Shown one piece after another: positions 1-18,788 of a stretch of DNA of 64,000 nt. Both the position numbers and the translations under genes were made by a program. This DNA is from Chrysomallon squamiferum. Its lineage: Eukaryota; Animalia; Mollusca. A model generated the notes under the pieces. It was not told where the DNA came from. It worked only from the letters and a program-made list of their open reading frames with translations, and searched no databases. Where the stretch lies: assembly GCA_012295275.1 (NCBI GenBank), contig CM022671.1, forward strand, positions 32,736,001 to 32,800,000, given 5' to 3'. Within the stretch, counting starts at the first letter, position 1; each line of letters begins with the position of its first letter.

Positions 1-290
1 AATGAATAGTTATTTGTAAGGCCTGCATTTAAAATGTACAAACCAATATCTATATATAAAAATGTCTTACTGCAAATCATAAAATTGTGCATTCAACTGA
101 TCCATTATAAACTGCACAGTAAAAATAAACACTGCTGAAATTTCTGTTTTCTACCAAAATGTCTTTCCTTCACAATTATTTGTATGTAGTTTTCTTTTTA
201 AATAAATAAGCTTTTCAGCTGGTTACATTCATTTATAATTATATCTATATACATATTATAATTTTTTTGAGTTGATAAAAATAAATAAGA

Positions 291-2330
291 GCTTTACAAT
301 TGTGCATTCAAATCCTTTGACCTATTATAAATGGTGACATGGTTCAGACAAAACAAATCAGGTAACAACTACACTTTACATCTGATACTCCTCATACTGA
401 GGACAGACACACATTTGTAACCTTGACCTACGTTTTATTAAAGACCATCAAGGTGAAAAGATTTTCTGCGCTGCTAGAAACAGTGCTATGGAGAAAAGAG
501 AATATCCTGACGTGTTATCCACAAACTACATACAACTTCATGTTTTATATAAGATTTTTAAAACGTTTTTTTGATTAAACTATATCAGAATTTAATTCTA
601 ATGAAAGATATTAAAAAACAATGTTAGCTAATAAAATCAATTTTGAAAATGATTCTCTCTAAATAATAAGTATATTATTTGAAGTTTTTATTTATTTTGA
701 AATACTTTATTTAAAACTTGAAAATTTACAGATTTAGAATTTCAGAAAATATAGTTTCTTGTTCTTTGATTATTTAGTAATATTACATATCTTTCTTTAT
801 TAAATCATGTAAGACTTCATATTTATTGATTATCAGAAAATTAACATGATTTATTACACTTTTATTAAAACATGAAATAGTTCATTATTGACTTTGTAAC
901 TAGAACCACTAACAAATCTTGATGTGTTGATTTTTTCCATTTTCCATTATTATTATTATTAGAACATTTATCATTATTGTTATTATTATCATCATCATCA
1001 TCAGCAGCAGCATTATTATTATATAATAGATGCACCTAGAGTGAGTATTATACCAAAGAATCATTCCAGAGTTGAGCTGGGAAAACGTTTGGTATTACGC
1101 TATACTGCTGACAGTAATCCTGACAATGTAACATTTGAATGGCTATTTGGTTCAAAACACCTGACCAGTGGTTCCATGGTTCAGATCTCCTCATTTAGTC
1201 AGTTGGACCAAGGAAAGTATACCTGTTTATCGGACAGTTATTGTTACTGGTAAAATCATAGATATACAATATTTTTGTATTTGTTTAGACATTTGAAATA
1301 CTGTTATATTTATTTAGATGTTTGAAATACTTTTACATTTATTTAGATATATAAAATACTGTTATATTTATTTAGATGTATGAAATACTGTTAGTGGTAA
1401 ATAATACAGAGATAATAGTGTTATATTTATTTAGATGTTTGAAATACTGTTATATTTATTTAGAAATACTGTTAATGGTAAATAATACATATATAATATA
1501 TTTATTTAGATGTATGAAATACTGTTACTGGTAAATTATACATTATATGACATTTTTTATACAGTATTATATTTATTTAGATGTATAAAATACTATTATA
1601 ATTAGATGAATGAAATAATGTTATATTTATTTATAAGTACGAAACAAATGCACAAATATTTAATATAAAAATATGCACAATGCTAATCTGAATAATTGAT
1701 GTATATTGCTTTCTACTTTTTTTGGAAAGAAATATGAAATTTATATGAAAATGAATATTTTTGTAAAACAATTATTTTGGTGTGTTATGTTATTATAATT
1801 TATTCTTCAACATTACAGTTCCATTGTCATTTTACACATTCCAACAAACAAGCAAAAAATATAAACACACCCCAAAACTACAACAAACAAACAAAAAACA
1901 ACATTATACAATAAAATTCAAAAATCGTTATAGGAATATGATATATTTCATAATTATTTTAAAAAAATCAAAGCTAAGTAATTCATATATTATAAAATGT
2001 GGAATAAATAGCTGACAAATTGCTTTTTGTTGTTTTAGTTCTGGAATCAGCCCCTGAATGGTGCTACTGCAGAAATGAGTCACAAACTTCAGTGAATCTG
2101 AGATGGAAGCACAAATCAAATAAGGTGTCTAAATTTACAGTGGAGCAATGCTTGTCTGCCGAACACCATTTTATAACAGTCCAAGAATCAGTCATTAAAA
2201 GCGATGAAACAACATTTTTCTCATCTGAAATCAGATTCTACATATTATTTGAAAGTTTACTGCTCAGCAAATAAAGGTTACAGCAATTTCTGTTTAACTG
2301 TCTGCAATACTTTGCCTGCCTCGATTGATA
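291..2330 (+). pseudogene. Degenerate Ig-Ig-FN3 cell-adhesion gene fragment (nephrin/kirre/sidestep-like exons)
   Basis: About 291-549 reads ..SNPLTYYKW*..DHQGEKIFCAARNS..IQLHVLY, an Ig-like exon with an in-frame stop and frameshift. 1030-1250 follows an AG acceptor and reads APRVSIIPK..LVLRYTADSNP..FEW..DQGKYTC, an Ig domain whose first Cys position is Tyr. About 2039-2330 reads ..ESQTSVNLRW..FTVEQC.., FN3-like, ending at a GTAAGT donor. Confidence 0.6.
1270..1640. repeat. Degenerate ~29-bp tandem repeat (tgaaatactgttatatttatttagatgt)
   Basis: The motif recurs about 10 times with indels. Confidence 0.7.
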
Positions 2331-2540
2331 GTAAGTAAGATGTTTGTTTTCTCAATCTGAAGACTGATGAAAAATTTTGTTTTTATTGTTTATAAAACAA
2401 TATTATAATTTTTTTTTTTTTCAAAGGTAAATCCTAAAGTGACCATATTATTTTCTTCATTTTTAAATTAACAATATAAATAAAGGATGTAAAAGTTATT
2501 TTCTATTTGTTGTTACTTTCTGTATTATTTGGATTTTACT

Positions 2541-2626
2541 TAGGAATATTCATATAATCAAGATTTAGGAATATTCATATCATTAAGTTTTAGGAATATT
2601 CATATAATTAAATTGTAGGAATATTT
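2541..2626. repeat. 25-bp tandem repeat (taggaatattcatataatcaagatt), ~3.5 copies
   Basis: Directly visible in the sequence. Confidence 0.75.
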
Positions 2627-2699
2627 TCGAATATATTAGGCAAGACTGGTATGTATGAATTATTCCATCATTCTTCTTTGTGATAAAATTATACATGAA

Positions 2700-3111
2700 A
2701 GGCTATGATCGTGTTTTTTAGGTAAAACGTCCCTGCATGCAAACCACGTTTCCAGTGCATCACATGCAGCACATCAAACTTGAATACGAGGGTTATAAAA
2801 ATGCAAGGTTTTGGAATACTTCTGTTCGTTATTTTTGTTCTGACCCTACACCAAACAAATGCGACGACTGAGTGAACCGCAACGAAACAACGCCATCAGC
2901 CATCAGCCGTTTACAAGCTGGCGAATCACCTGTAGCCCGGGTGTTCCATGTATCCCCAAGCACCATCTTGAGATTGTGGTATCGGTTCCAGCAACACCAA
3001 ACAACACGTGACCGTCCCAGATCAGGTAGACCACGTGTAACCACCACGGCCCAAGACCGCTACATACGGGTACTTCATCTACGGGAAAGAACCACCACGG
3101 CACCATGTTAG
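2700..3111 (+). mobile_element. Tc1-like transposon relic, N-terminal HTH region of the transposase
   Basis: AISRLQAGES..VARVFHVSPSTILRLWYRFQQHQTTRDRPRSGRPRVTTTAQDRYI carries the Tc1 paired-like HTH and GRPR motif; it is truncated. Confidence 0.85.
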
Positions 3112-3739
3112 AGTATATATTAACATATTTTTAAAAAATTAATTAATAGTATGTTTTTTGTTTTTTTTTAGTTCTGGTAAATGTTTCATGCATGAAGCCT
3201 AAACAATCTTTATTCATATTATCTGTAATTTTAAGAACAGTTTACTTACATAAAAGTACTCACTGTTACCGTCTACGAATAATACCTCATTAATATGTCA
3301 TTTTACTTTTCTATAGTTCTTCAAATTGTCCTCCTTCTTCCAAAACAGTTATCTTCGCTGACGTCATATTTCCGAGTAGCAAAATATTCCGAATGATCAC
3401 AGACATTACCAATTCACATAGTCGTTACCCTGCTTTTGCGATGTGTTCTTAAAATAACTCTGCTTTAGACTGTTTATATTAACTATACTGTCATTACTTT
3501 GTTATAAATGTTTTCAAAACTGTTAGCAAAATTAAAAATTTGCTGTACGACACTGTATTTACATTCGCAGTTATGGCGGAAATTTCATGCAGGGAAAATT
3601 CAGTGATCTGTGTTTATTCTTTAAACTCATAATTTTGAGGTATTATTCTTGCTTAGTAGTTTGTGACTTTTTCTTTTCATCATGAAACAGAACATTTAAA
3701 ATAACAAATTTTCGTATACATATTTCAATAAAAAATGAT

Positions 3740-3773
<34 letters not shown>

Positions 3774-4250
3774 GCAACTACAACATTTTCATGTATAAAT
3801 CGATGATTTCTTTTATTACAGATAGAAAGATATTCCTTTTCTAATGATTCCCCAATTGTACAATCAACTGGACAGCTTAAGCGTTTTTGATAATTAGTTT
3901 CTTAATGTTGTTTCAGTCATCTAGTTCAGTTTTTGCTGTCATCACCAGAAGTGATTCCTGTTTGATTCGGAGATTATGCGCTGTCTAATTTATATTCTAC
4001 GTCACTGCAGGAATCTTACTGGTGTAGCTTTCGCTTCATTTCTAATTTCCACTATACTGAGGTAAATTCATCATATAACCGTTATTCAAGTTATAGCGAT
4101 TATAATGATGATAATAATAATATTTATGACAATAATAATTATTGTTATTATCATCATCATCATTATCGAAACAACTGTATGCCAAATGTCAAATACAGAA
4201 TAACGTGAATCGAAATTAAAATGACCCAAAATAATGATAAATAAGAAGGC

Positions 4251-4285
<35 letters not shown>

Positions 4286-4868
4286 CATCGCATAAAAATG
4301 TATATACAATATACCGCTTGTTATGTATTGATTCCATGTTTACTAATATTAATGACATGACAAATAACAACAAGGTTCAGATCTCAGTAATTTTACTACT
4401 AAATGTAATGGTTGAGGATGTTTTTGATTATCACTACGCTCAACAACATACAGCACGCCACGTCGCCTATTACGCGAGATCCAGAATACTTTAATACCCA
4501 GAGAGATTTATCATCTCTGTCTTTCCACTGGTCTGTCAGTCTGTGCCTGTCTGTCTCTCTTTCTGTCTTTCTGTATGTGTGCATTTATATGTATAAATAT
4601 AATTATATTCGTTTAGTTTGTTGTCAGAACTGGAAGATGATTTTGAAGACGGTATAAATTTAGGTAAGTATTTGTTTGATTTTGATTTTATCTACATGAA
4701 AACGTCTTTGAAATTTAACTCCGTTTGAAAATCCACTTTGTATTTATTTTATTATGTTTCTTTGCAGAAAACCACTTTGAAATGGAAAGCAAAGTAAACT
4801 GCTCAACCGCAAGTTTATATAATGACTTACAGGTAAAATAAAAATTGTATACGTTAGTTTTTATTATT

Positions 4869-4988
<120 letters not shown>

Positions 4989-5777
4989 ATATATATGCAT
5001 GGGTATGTATATGTGTATGTGTAGTATTGGTGTTTATGTTTATGTATGGTTATATAATTGTGTAACTATGTTTGTATCTATGTATATGTGATATGTGTGC
5101 GTGTGCTTATCTATATATATCGATAAACTAAGTGTTATGCTTTCTTAAAAATCGAACGTTATAATATATCGTTTGGTTTACTATTCAAATAACAGTTTAG
5201 AAATCACAGTTATGGCATAGCGTGAACAATTATTGATTTATTTAGGTCAGACAATAAGATCATGGCAGTCGGATGCAACAATAAAATCATAACTCGAAAA
5301 TAATCTTCAAAACATACATACGATTTACTAACCTAAATGGAAAACCAATATAAACAGAAGTAAAAAGCTTTAGGGAGCGGTTAGCTAGTTCTGCTGTGTA
5401 AACCAATCATTTGAAAAATAATGTAAAAGGTGTTAATGGTATTTAGCTAACAATTTAAGCATGTAGAAAGCACATTAAGCCAACAATGAACTTTGTAGCT
5501 TCAGTTACAGTTAAATAGGTAAACATTAAGGATTTCGGTCCATAAAATCATTAGTGGGAGAAAAGAATAAAGCGAACTGAAAAACATATTTTCAGTACAT
5601 ATTCGAAGAGTCGAGCAGAAAAAGGCTTTTAGAACGAAACTTTAATGTTCTGGACTTTACAGTGTATTTTTAAAAAACATAAATAAATAAACTATTTCCA
5701 AAATATAAATAAAAATTTAGCGGTAAATAAAAAATATTCTACACTAATAGTGAGAAAAAGTGAAATTAACTATCAAA

Positions 5778-6884
5778 ATGAGAATAAAATTAAATATTGC
5801 GTTTTGGGTCTTTTTAATTCCTTTTCTAAATGTGGAGAAATCAAAATGCAGCGACCGAGAATCGATGATGAAATTGAAGGATTATATTCTTCAAAATCGA
5901 ACACGACACATCATTCCTCTTTCGTCAGATGGAAAATTAACAGTTACTGTAATGCTGTTACTCCTATCAATTTTAGAGCTGGACCAAACTCGACAAACCC
6001 TTTCAACAAGCTTAGTAATAGTCTTTAAATGGAATGACAGAAATTTTTCTTGGAAACCAAGTGATTTCGGAGGACATAGAATCTTGTCCGTGAGACCCGA
6101 AGATATATGGGTGCCGCCTTTGATACTAAGTAATTCTGCTGAAAAATCGACAAAGCCTCATGTTATTTCACTGTCAGTGCTTTATGACGGTGAGGTGACC
6201 ATGTCTGTTACTGATGTCTACCAAACGAGCTGTCCAGTTGATATTTCGGACTATCCTTTTGATGAGCAAAACTGCGCGATTTCTTTCGCTTCGGACTATG
6301 ATTACAAAATATTAGCTTCAAATGACACATCCTTTATAACTAATCACAGTTTCTACACCAAAAGCAACGAATGGCGTATTACAGACGTCTTTGTGAACAC
6401 CACGTACGTTCCGCTTTACAGCGGCAGCATGGCTCATTTTCACTTCAAACTGAAGCGTGAGTGGAAGTTTTATGTTTTAAGCGTCATATTTCCCATGGTG
6501 CTTTTATCTTTGCTGAACGCTCTAGTATTTCTTCTGCCGGTGGAATCAGGGGAAAAGATGTCTTTCTTGATTTCCATTCTTGTTTCGTACTTCGTGTTTG
6601 TGAACTACATCAACGAAGCAATGCCCAAATCGAAGACGCCTTCGAGGATGGCTATATATTTGGTGTCGGTTCTCTGTCAGAGTTGTTTGTCGATTGCAAT
6701 AAATCTGTGGATGATCGGGAAACACTTTAATAAAAGAGCCAAAGTTGCTCCTTGTGATGTTTCTCGTGCACCCGATGCCAAAGACGCAGATATCAATCAC
6801 AGAAAACGACCTAGATCCGAAGGAATAATATTTCTAGTTTTTCTTTTCCTCGCTGTATTTAGTCTGTCAATTTTCGCATTATAA
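5778..6884 (+). CDS. Intronless atypical nicotinic acetylcholine receptor-like Cys-loop channel subunit (cephalopod chemotactile receptor-like), 368 aa
   Basis: ATG at 5778 and an N-terminal signal peptide. It has WxD..W/IWVP motifs, the Cys-loop CPVDISDYPFDEQNC, four TM helices, a GEK cation-selectivity motif before M2 and a very short M3-M4 loop. Loop A Tyr, loop B Trp and the loop C vicinal Cys pair are absent. Single coding exon. Confidence 0.92.
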   Translation: MRIKLNIAFWVFLIPFLNVEKSKCSDRESMMKLKDYILQNRTRHIIPLSSDGKLTVTVMLLLLSILELDQTRQTLSTSLVIVFKWNDRNFSWKPSDFGGHRILSVRPEDIWVPPLILSNSAEKSTKPHVISLSVLYDGEVTMSVTDVYQTSCPVDISDYPFDEQNCAISFASDYDYKILASNDTSFITNHSFYTKSNEWRITDVFVNTTYVPLYSGSMAHFHFKLKREWKFYVLSVIFPMVLLSLLNALVFLLPVESGEKMSFLISILVSYFVFVNYINEAMPKSKTPSRMAIYLVSVLCQSCLSIAINLWMIGKHFNKRAKVAPCDVSRAPDAKDADINHRKRPRSEGIIFLVFLFLAVFSLSIFAL

Positions 6885-7224
6885 ATTTTAGATATGTCCG
6901 TCATTATTTAATTTTAAAATTTAGCACTTATTTCTTTTTTGTATACTTTAAAAAAAAAATATATATATATATATTTTTTTCCCCTCTGTTATGTAAATTT
7001 ACTACTGCTCTATCGGATTTTAAATTACCACATATCTATCATTCTCCATACTTCAGTTTATCACAAGTCTGTCAGTTTTAGTATTCTAATTTACAGTTTT
7101 CGCATTACTGTAATGTTTATTTATATTGTTTACAAATCTGTGTTAATATATGTGTAAGCCTCTCACCAATGTTCTGCTAGAATTTATATATTTATTCAAC
7201 TATAAACATATTCCCTAGACAGTT

Positions 7225-8320
7225 CTCTGTGAGAATTTATCTACAATTTGCTACAGACGTTGATACTACACAGTTGTTTGATAAGTTATTTACAGTTTAC
7301 TACAGACGTACACAGTCCAGAGGTATGTGAGAATTTATCTACACTTTACTAGAAACGCTTATAATACAGAGTTGTGTGAGGATGTATCTACACTTTACTA
7401 GAAACGCTTATAATACAGAGTTGTGTGAGGATGTATCTACACTTTACTAGAAACGCTTATAATAGAGAGTTGTGTGAAGATGTATCTACACTTTACTAGA
7501 AACGCTTATAATACAGAGTTGTGTGAGGATGTATCTACACTTTACTAGAAACGTTTATAATACAGAGTTGTGTGAGGATGTATCTACACTTTACTAGGAA
7601 CGTTTATAATACAGAGTTGTGTGAGGATGTATCTACACTTTACTAGAAACGTTTATAATACAGAGTTGTGTGAGGATGTATCTACACTTTACTAGAAACG
7701 TTTATAATACAGAGTTGTGTGAGGATTTATCTACACTTTACTACAGAGGTGTCTGATAATGTATCCACACTTTACTGGAAAATATACAGTACAGAGTTGT
7801 GTGAGGATTTATCTGCACTTTGCTATAGGCATATACAATATAGAGTTGTGTGACAATTTGTCTATACTTTACTAGTAACGTATGCAATACAGTGTTATAT
7901 GATAATTTATCTACACTTTACCAGAAACGCATACAATACAGAGTTGTGTGATAATTTATCTACACTTTACTAGAAACGTACAAAATACAGAGGTTTGTGA
8001 GGATTTATCTACACTTTACTACAGACATATACAATACAGTTATGTGAGAATTTATCTACACTTTACTAGAAACGTATACAATATAGAGTTGTATGAGGAT
8101 TTATCTACACTTTACTACAGACATATAAAATACAGTTATGTGAGAATTTATCTACACTTTACTACAGGCATATACAATACAGTTATGTGAGAATTTATCT
8201 ACACTTTACTACAGACATATACAATACAGTTATGTGAGAATTTATCTACACTTTACTACAGGCATATACAATACAAAGTTGTGTGAGGATTTATCTACAC
8301 TTTACTACAGACTTATACAC
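7225..8320. repeat. 47-49 bp minisatellite, ~22 copies (tctacactttactagaaacgcttataatacagagttgtgtgaggatgta)
   Basis: Unit starts at 7387, 7436 and 7485 (49 bp). 47-bp variants start at 8008, 8104, 8151 and 8198. No spacers. Confidence 0.95.
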
Positions 8321-9628
8321 TACAACATTCTTTATTTGAGAAGGTACCTTCACCGGAATTTTAACAACTACATTTCCCGCTTCTTTGAAAGGTTTTATAA
8401 CCTTAATTGAGATACTTACATTATATATTTGGTTTTTAAATTTATTTTTCGGAAGACACCCCCCCCCACATACGCACATAAAAATTAAAAATAAAAATAA
8501 AATAAGATAAAGCACTGAAGAAATCTTAAGATATACCATCATGTTGTTAAAGAATAACACTGGTTAATATTTTACACTTTTATTTAGACCTGATTTAGCC
8601 TCTTTTTTTTTTTTTTTTTTTTTTTTTTGAAGTCAAGAGATGTAAATTTTATTCACAGTCTTGGTTTATTTAACATTTTATTCATGGCCTTGGATTACTC
8701 AATATTTTACTCAGGGCCTTGAATTACTCAATGTTTTATTTAAAAGCTACAATTATTTTTCAACTTTATACAGAGATCACTGTGCTGTGAGGTATCAGAA
8801 TATGAAAGGAAGGGGTCAGACGATGAGGAGAAAGAATTTGAACTCGATCAAAAAGGTGACCTATTTGTCTATTTAGTTATTTTGTTTCTTTACGTTTTGT
8901 GTATTTGTTTACAAAATAAAATAAATTTACAAGAAGGGTCCAGGCATCGATAAATACGCATATTTTTATTCCTTTTTTACCCTTTTTAACCTGTTCTGTC
9001 GGTCTGTCTCTCTGTCAGGTTGCCTGTATGTATGTGTATATGCATATATATTATATCAATGTAGATGTGTGTAAATATATATATATATATAATGTGTGTG
9101 TGTATATTTATATAAAGCTGTTGGATATTTAAGGAAGGATCAGTACAATGCTGGAGGTTTTGTTTTGTTCGAACCTTTGAACACTGTTAAAAACATAAAG
9201 AGTTTAGTCACACTGTATACCTATCAAAGAAATTATCAGTGATATGCATATTACCTGTCACAAATGAAAATAAAAATTGTCATAGGTTTCTTCATATCAT
9301 CAATGCACAGTATGTACTCAAAGCGACTGTAATAGGTTTTAGTATACACCAATAAACAAGAGAAAAAAAACCCAGAATTAGTCGAGCAGTGATTAGTGTG
9401 TAAATAACAGTAAATTCAGTAAATAGTGGTAGTACAAAGGAACAGAAATTTCAGTAAGAAAAAATGTAATAAACGAGCGCGACAGCTGGATAAAAAAAGC
9501 AACCATAAGCTAACGCCAGCTTGTAACAGCAAAAAGAAAGAAACAATTAAATATTAAATACTTTTTGCATATAATGGTGGTAGGGATACATCTGGGTTTA
9601 TTTGACTGTCATTTACTTTTCTTTCTAG

Positions 9629-10262
<634 letters not shown>

Positions 10263-10264
10263 GT

Positions 10265-10480
10265 AGGTTTAATGCTTATAGTAATACCTTTAATGTTTAC
10301 ACTGACAGATTTAACGTTCACAGCGCTAGTTTTACGTTGGCAGTGCTACATGCTGCATTCACAGTGTTTAACGTTCATGGAGCTAGGTTTAACGTTGACA
10401 GTGCTAGGTTTATCGTTGACAGTGCTAGGTTTAACGTTGACAGTGCTAGGTTAACGTTCACAGAGGTAGGCCTAATGTTA
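10265..10480. repeat. 21-bp tandem repeat (ggtttaacgttgacagtgcta) with degenerate flanks
   Basis: Near-perfect copies at about 10387-10460; decayed copies on both sides. Confidence 0.8.
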
Positions 10481-11536
10481 TGAATATTACATTTAAAGTT
10501 CGAATTTAATGTGGATTTTCATTCAGGGAAATATTAAATATTCACATTTGTAGGTTTTATATTTCGAAATGGTACATTTAATATTTTTAATGTTTAATGT
10601 TTAGTTGCAAATTTTTGATATTTACAGTTGTAATTTTAATATGGTAACGTTAACAAGATGTTCGTGGTCTAATATTTTCAATAGGTGATAGTGTTAATTG
10701 TTTTCTGAAATTCTTCTAAAAAAAATGAATATTGTTTTTTTCTATCTGGGACGTTTTGCAGAGGCATGCTGGCCATTTTTCTTCACGTGCCCAAAAGGAA
10801 ACTGCGTGGATATCATGTTGTGTGCGGCAGACAAAAAGAAAATAGACTGATTTCTTGTCAGTATGTAACAGCATTTGTCAGTGCGTGTTTTCTGAAAATA
10901 TAATTATTGTTTTACGAACCTATAATATCTAAATATATTTGGTTAGATGTGAACTGCTGAATTATAATTATATGACCTCCAAACATCTAGTGAAATTGTT
11001 CTGAAGTCAAACGTTCCGAAATATGGGCGCCCGAAATCCTTTTTTGTATTTTATTAATTTAGGTAAGTAAGCCTTTGGAACAAATTAATAGAAACATACA
11101 TCAGTATAAAATCCAGCATGTTCAGAAAAACTGACTGATAGCTGTTTATGACGGATCATATATATCTTTGTTTATCTATCTATCTATGAATATATTATGA
11201 ATATATTATATCTTCGTAACTAAAATAGATCAGAAACAAGGAAACATTTGATGATTACGCGAATCATTTACTCAGTACATTACATTTCATCCAGCATATC
11301 TCTCTCTCTGCCCTATCCCTCTCTCTATCTCACTGTCTCTGACTATATGTCTTTCTATCTATTTCATTTTTACAAAAAAAAACAAAAAAAAAACAAGAAA
11401 AACAAAAAAAAACAACAACAAAAAACAACAAAAACAAACAAACAAGACAAAGTCCTAAAAATCCGGAATTCTTATGAAGTAGATTGAACTTTTTCTTTTT
11501 TCTTTTTAATGTTCTTTTTTATTTTTCATTATTATT

Positions 11537-13180
<1,644 letters not shown>

Positions 13181-13542
13181 GTCAGATATCCTCGTTTCGG
13201 AGACTGTTATAAATAAATAAATAAATATTAAATAAATAACAACCAAATCCCTCCTCACTTAAAAAAATAAAAATAATAAAAGAATAAAAAAATAAAAATA
13301 CCGAGAATAGGCGAAACAGATCCTGAACAAAAAATCCAAAAGCCAAATCCAGAATAAGACCGATATTCAACAAAAATAAAAACATCAGCATCAGCACCAT
13401 CATCGCCACTATCATCCCGTATGCAATCAATCTTGCAGTAAACAAGTTGTTTCTCATTTGATTCGATCAGACATTTGACTCACAGTTGTTATAATGAATA
13501 CAATAAACTTCAATAATTAATTAGTTCTTATTTACGTTTTCG

Positions 13543-13548
13543 TTTATA
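13543..13548 (-). promoter_or_regulatory. Candidate TATA box of copy A
   Basis: TATAAA on the minus strand about 60 nt before a GTGAGT donor (~13477-13482), the same layout as the other copies. Confidence 0.5.
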
Positions 13549-13848
13549 CTTTGGATGACAATATGTATATAGTGCATATATGGTATTTTATTGGGAAGAT
13601 CATACCGCATTTAATTCTTCAAGCCTTCAAGAACTTTAATTTATGATTCGGTCTTACCCAGTTACGAATATAAAAGGTAAATAGATGGCGGCCATCTTGG
13701 ATTTAGCGTCAAGGGTGAAAATATTTCGTCCAGCAGTTTCTAAATGTATATGCCTTAAAGAGCAATAAATATCAATTAAAAAAATGAAACTAAAAAATGA
13801 AGTCCATTGTACTACTGTCGGACTGTATCGATTTGCAGTAGTCTGTTT

Positions 13849-13924
<76 letters not shown>

Positions 13925-15743
13925 TAATTAATTAATTAATTTATTTATGTTTGTTTGCTTGGTTTTTTATGGAGAAACGTCAAATACTGACGAATCTATC
14001 AGACACACACAGAATTCTACGACGTATCTGTTTCACTATTCTAAATATTTTGTTTTATAAAACAAGCTATGAAAACGATTTGACAGACACTGATTAGGAA
14101 TCGTTTAGAAGGACTATATCTCGTTACCTGTTATCCTGAAGATCAGATGTATTTTTTTTTTTGCAAACCCCACTTCAGAGAATGGAGAATAAAAGTGCTA
14201 TTGCCAACGAATAACACTGATGGTCATGAATTGATAATTTCTGTTAATTAATTCATAAACAAATGGTGGTGTAGCAATAAACACTTTTATTTAAATTATT
14301 TATTTATCTACAGCTGGTATTTCAATGCTTTTGTTTATTGCGTTCAAATGAGTTGTTTATATTCAAAGCATTTCGGAGCAGACATTACGTAAACAGGATC
14401 AATATAAACAACAACTTGAATAGAAACAAACCGATAACAATCACAGTAGTTTGATGTTTAGTATCGTTGATTTTATATAAAAATAACAGAAATAATCATT
14501 AAAAAAATCACAAAAAATGCGAATAACAACAACGACAATAATAATCATAAAAATAATAAATTGACAAGTATCATTCATTTGCGTTCAGTCTGAAAACAAA
14601 TCAGTCATGCTAAATGATTAACAAAAAGGAAATTATATGTTTGTACAACAGACGTTGAAATGTTTATACGATGTGGAGATTTATAATTAATATTAATACG
14701 CTGTTCACAGAACTATAACAATCATTCTAACAGATGATGACACAGACACTTTTACTCACACGAGAAGAATAACAATTGTAATAGCGTATGGTGATAAAAT
14801 AATAATTATTTAATAAATTTATTCTCTCATGTAATTTGAACATTTCTCGGTTTGCAGTAAATATCATTTCCAAAAGATTTGTAGTTTTCCATTAATGTAT
14901 TCTTTCTTATATAAACATAACACTAAATAGCGCTAATACTGTCGTCTGTTTCTATGCATGATAATAGTTACGACATATGACATTTTAGATCACTGTTTTT
15001 CATACAAATGTTCAGTACTAAATAAAACAATTTATTACTTTCTTTTTAATTATTACTTTAAAAGATGGATTTAGTGACCAATGATAAAGTAAATTTGGGT
15101 CTTGTGGTTTGAATTGTTTTCTAGTTCGTTTTTTTAAAGGTGTTTTTATAATGCACCACATATTCACTGTAACTCTTTCTAAACATGTAATAATTCATTA
15201 TTTGTATGTAACGAGCAGAAATTCCTCCATATGTTTGATCAATTAACTGCTCTGATTAATAAAAAGCAAATTATTAAAATGCGACAAAATCAGGCATGTG
15301 GTTTATAACATAGAAACTAAACATACATTTCCTGGCTTTTAAAAAGGAAAAAACTAAATAGCTGCCAGACTGAATTCAGTTGTTCACTACAGCTCTTTCT
15401 AAACATGTACGAATAATAAATGTACGAATTAATAAATCCTTGATATGTTTGGTATGAAACGTTCAACCACATGCTTGATCACTTAACTAACTGACTCTGC
15501 TTAATAGAGAATTTTCATCGCAAATTACTCAGTTTTGTCAATTTCAGCCACCAAGATTATCGCAAAATGTTTTGTTGTTTTTTACAAAAAAAAAGATTAA
15601 TATAGGATGATCATTTATTCTCTGATAATTGTAAACTTATCTTGAGAAATATATATATATATATGTGTGTGTGTGTGTATTAACCAAAGTAAAGAAAAAA
15701 CAAAGATACTTATAAAGCAGATTAAAATGTTTATTTCAAAACC

Positions 15744-18368
<2,625 letters not shown>

Positions 18369-18409
18369 TTCAGATTTCCTGGTTTCGGAGACTGCAACGG
18401 AACAAAAAA

Positions 18410-18447
<38 letters not shown>

Positions 18448-18722
18448 AACAAGATTAATAATAATAATAATAAAACAATAAATCGAAGCAAAAACAAAAC
18501 GAAAAGTGCGCATAAAACAGAGTCAGAAATAGGACAAAAGGATACCGGGAAAAAACAAAGAAAAAGATGACAACAGGAACAAAAACAACACCAACAATAA
18601 CTGTAACATTAGCAAAAACAGCAACAACAATAATAATGATAATAAATAAATAAATAATTTAATTAATTAATGAATCAGTACATTCTAAGCTATAAAGAAA
18701 ATAACGTAGCACTGAAATGTAC

Positions 18723-18788
18723 CTGATGAAATCTTTGTCTTGTCAGGAGTAGTTGTAGATAGTGCTGCTAAGAACACGGTGTTTTATA
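18723..18788 (-). promoter_or_regulatory. TATA box and non-coding exon 1 of copy B
   Basis: TATAAAA at 18788-18782, then a short exon ending in CAG|GTAC at about 18723. Confidence 0.6.

Noticed and set aside
4768-4832. Small AG..GT-bounded exon with an ATG upstream of the receptor gene
   Set aside because: Splicing to the nearest acceptor (5750) meets an immediate TGA. It is at most a 5'UTR exon or uORF and cannot be supported without transcripts.
7225-8320. Possible CRISPR-like array
   Set aside because: Head-to-tail repeats with no unique spacers, no cas genes and a eukaryotic context.
10263-10483. C-terminal extension of the SET ORF (ARFNVDS repeats)
   Set aside because: It is translation of a 21-bp tandem repeat after a plausible GTAGGT donor at 10263, so it is probably intronic.
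10742-10892. Minus-strand 49-codon open stretch after a ttttcag acceptor, resembling another array exon 4
   Set aside because: No sequence similarity to family exon 4, wrong phase, and no matching upstream exons.
13683-13705. Near-palindromic agatggcggccatcttgg motif upstream of copy A
   Set aside because: It resembles a YY1-like or common repeat-derived motif, occurs once, and has no further support.
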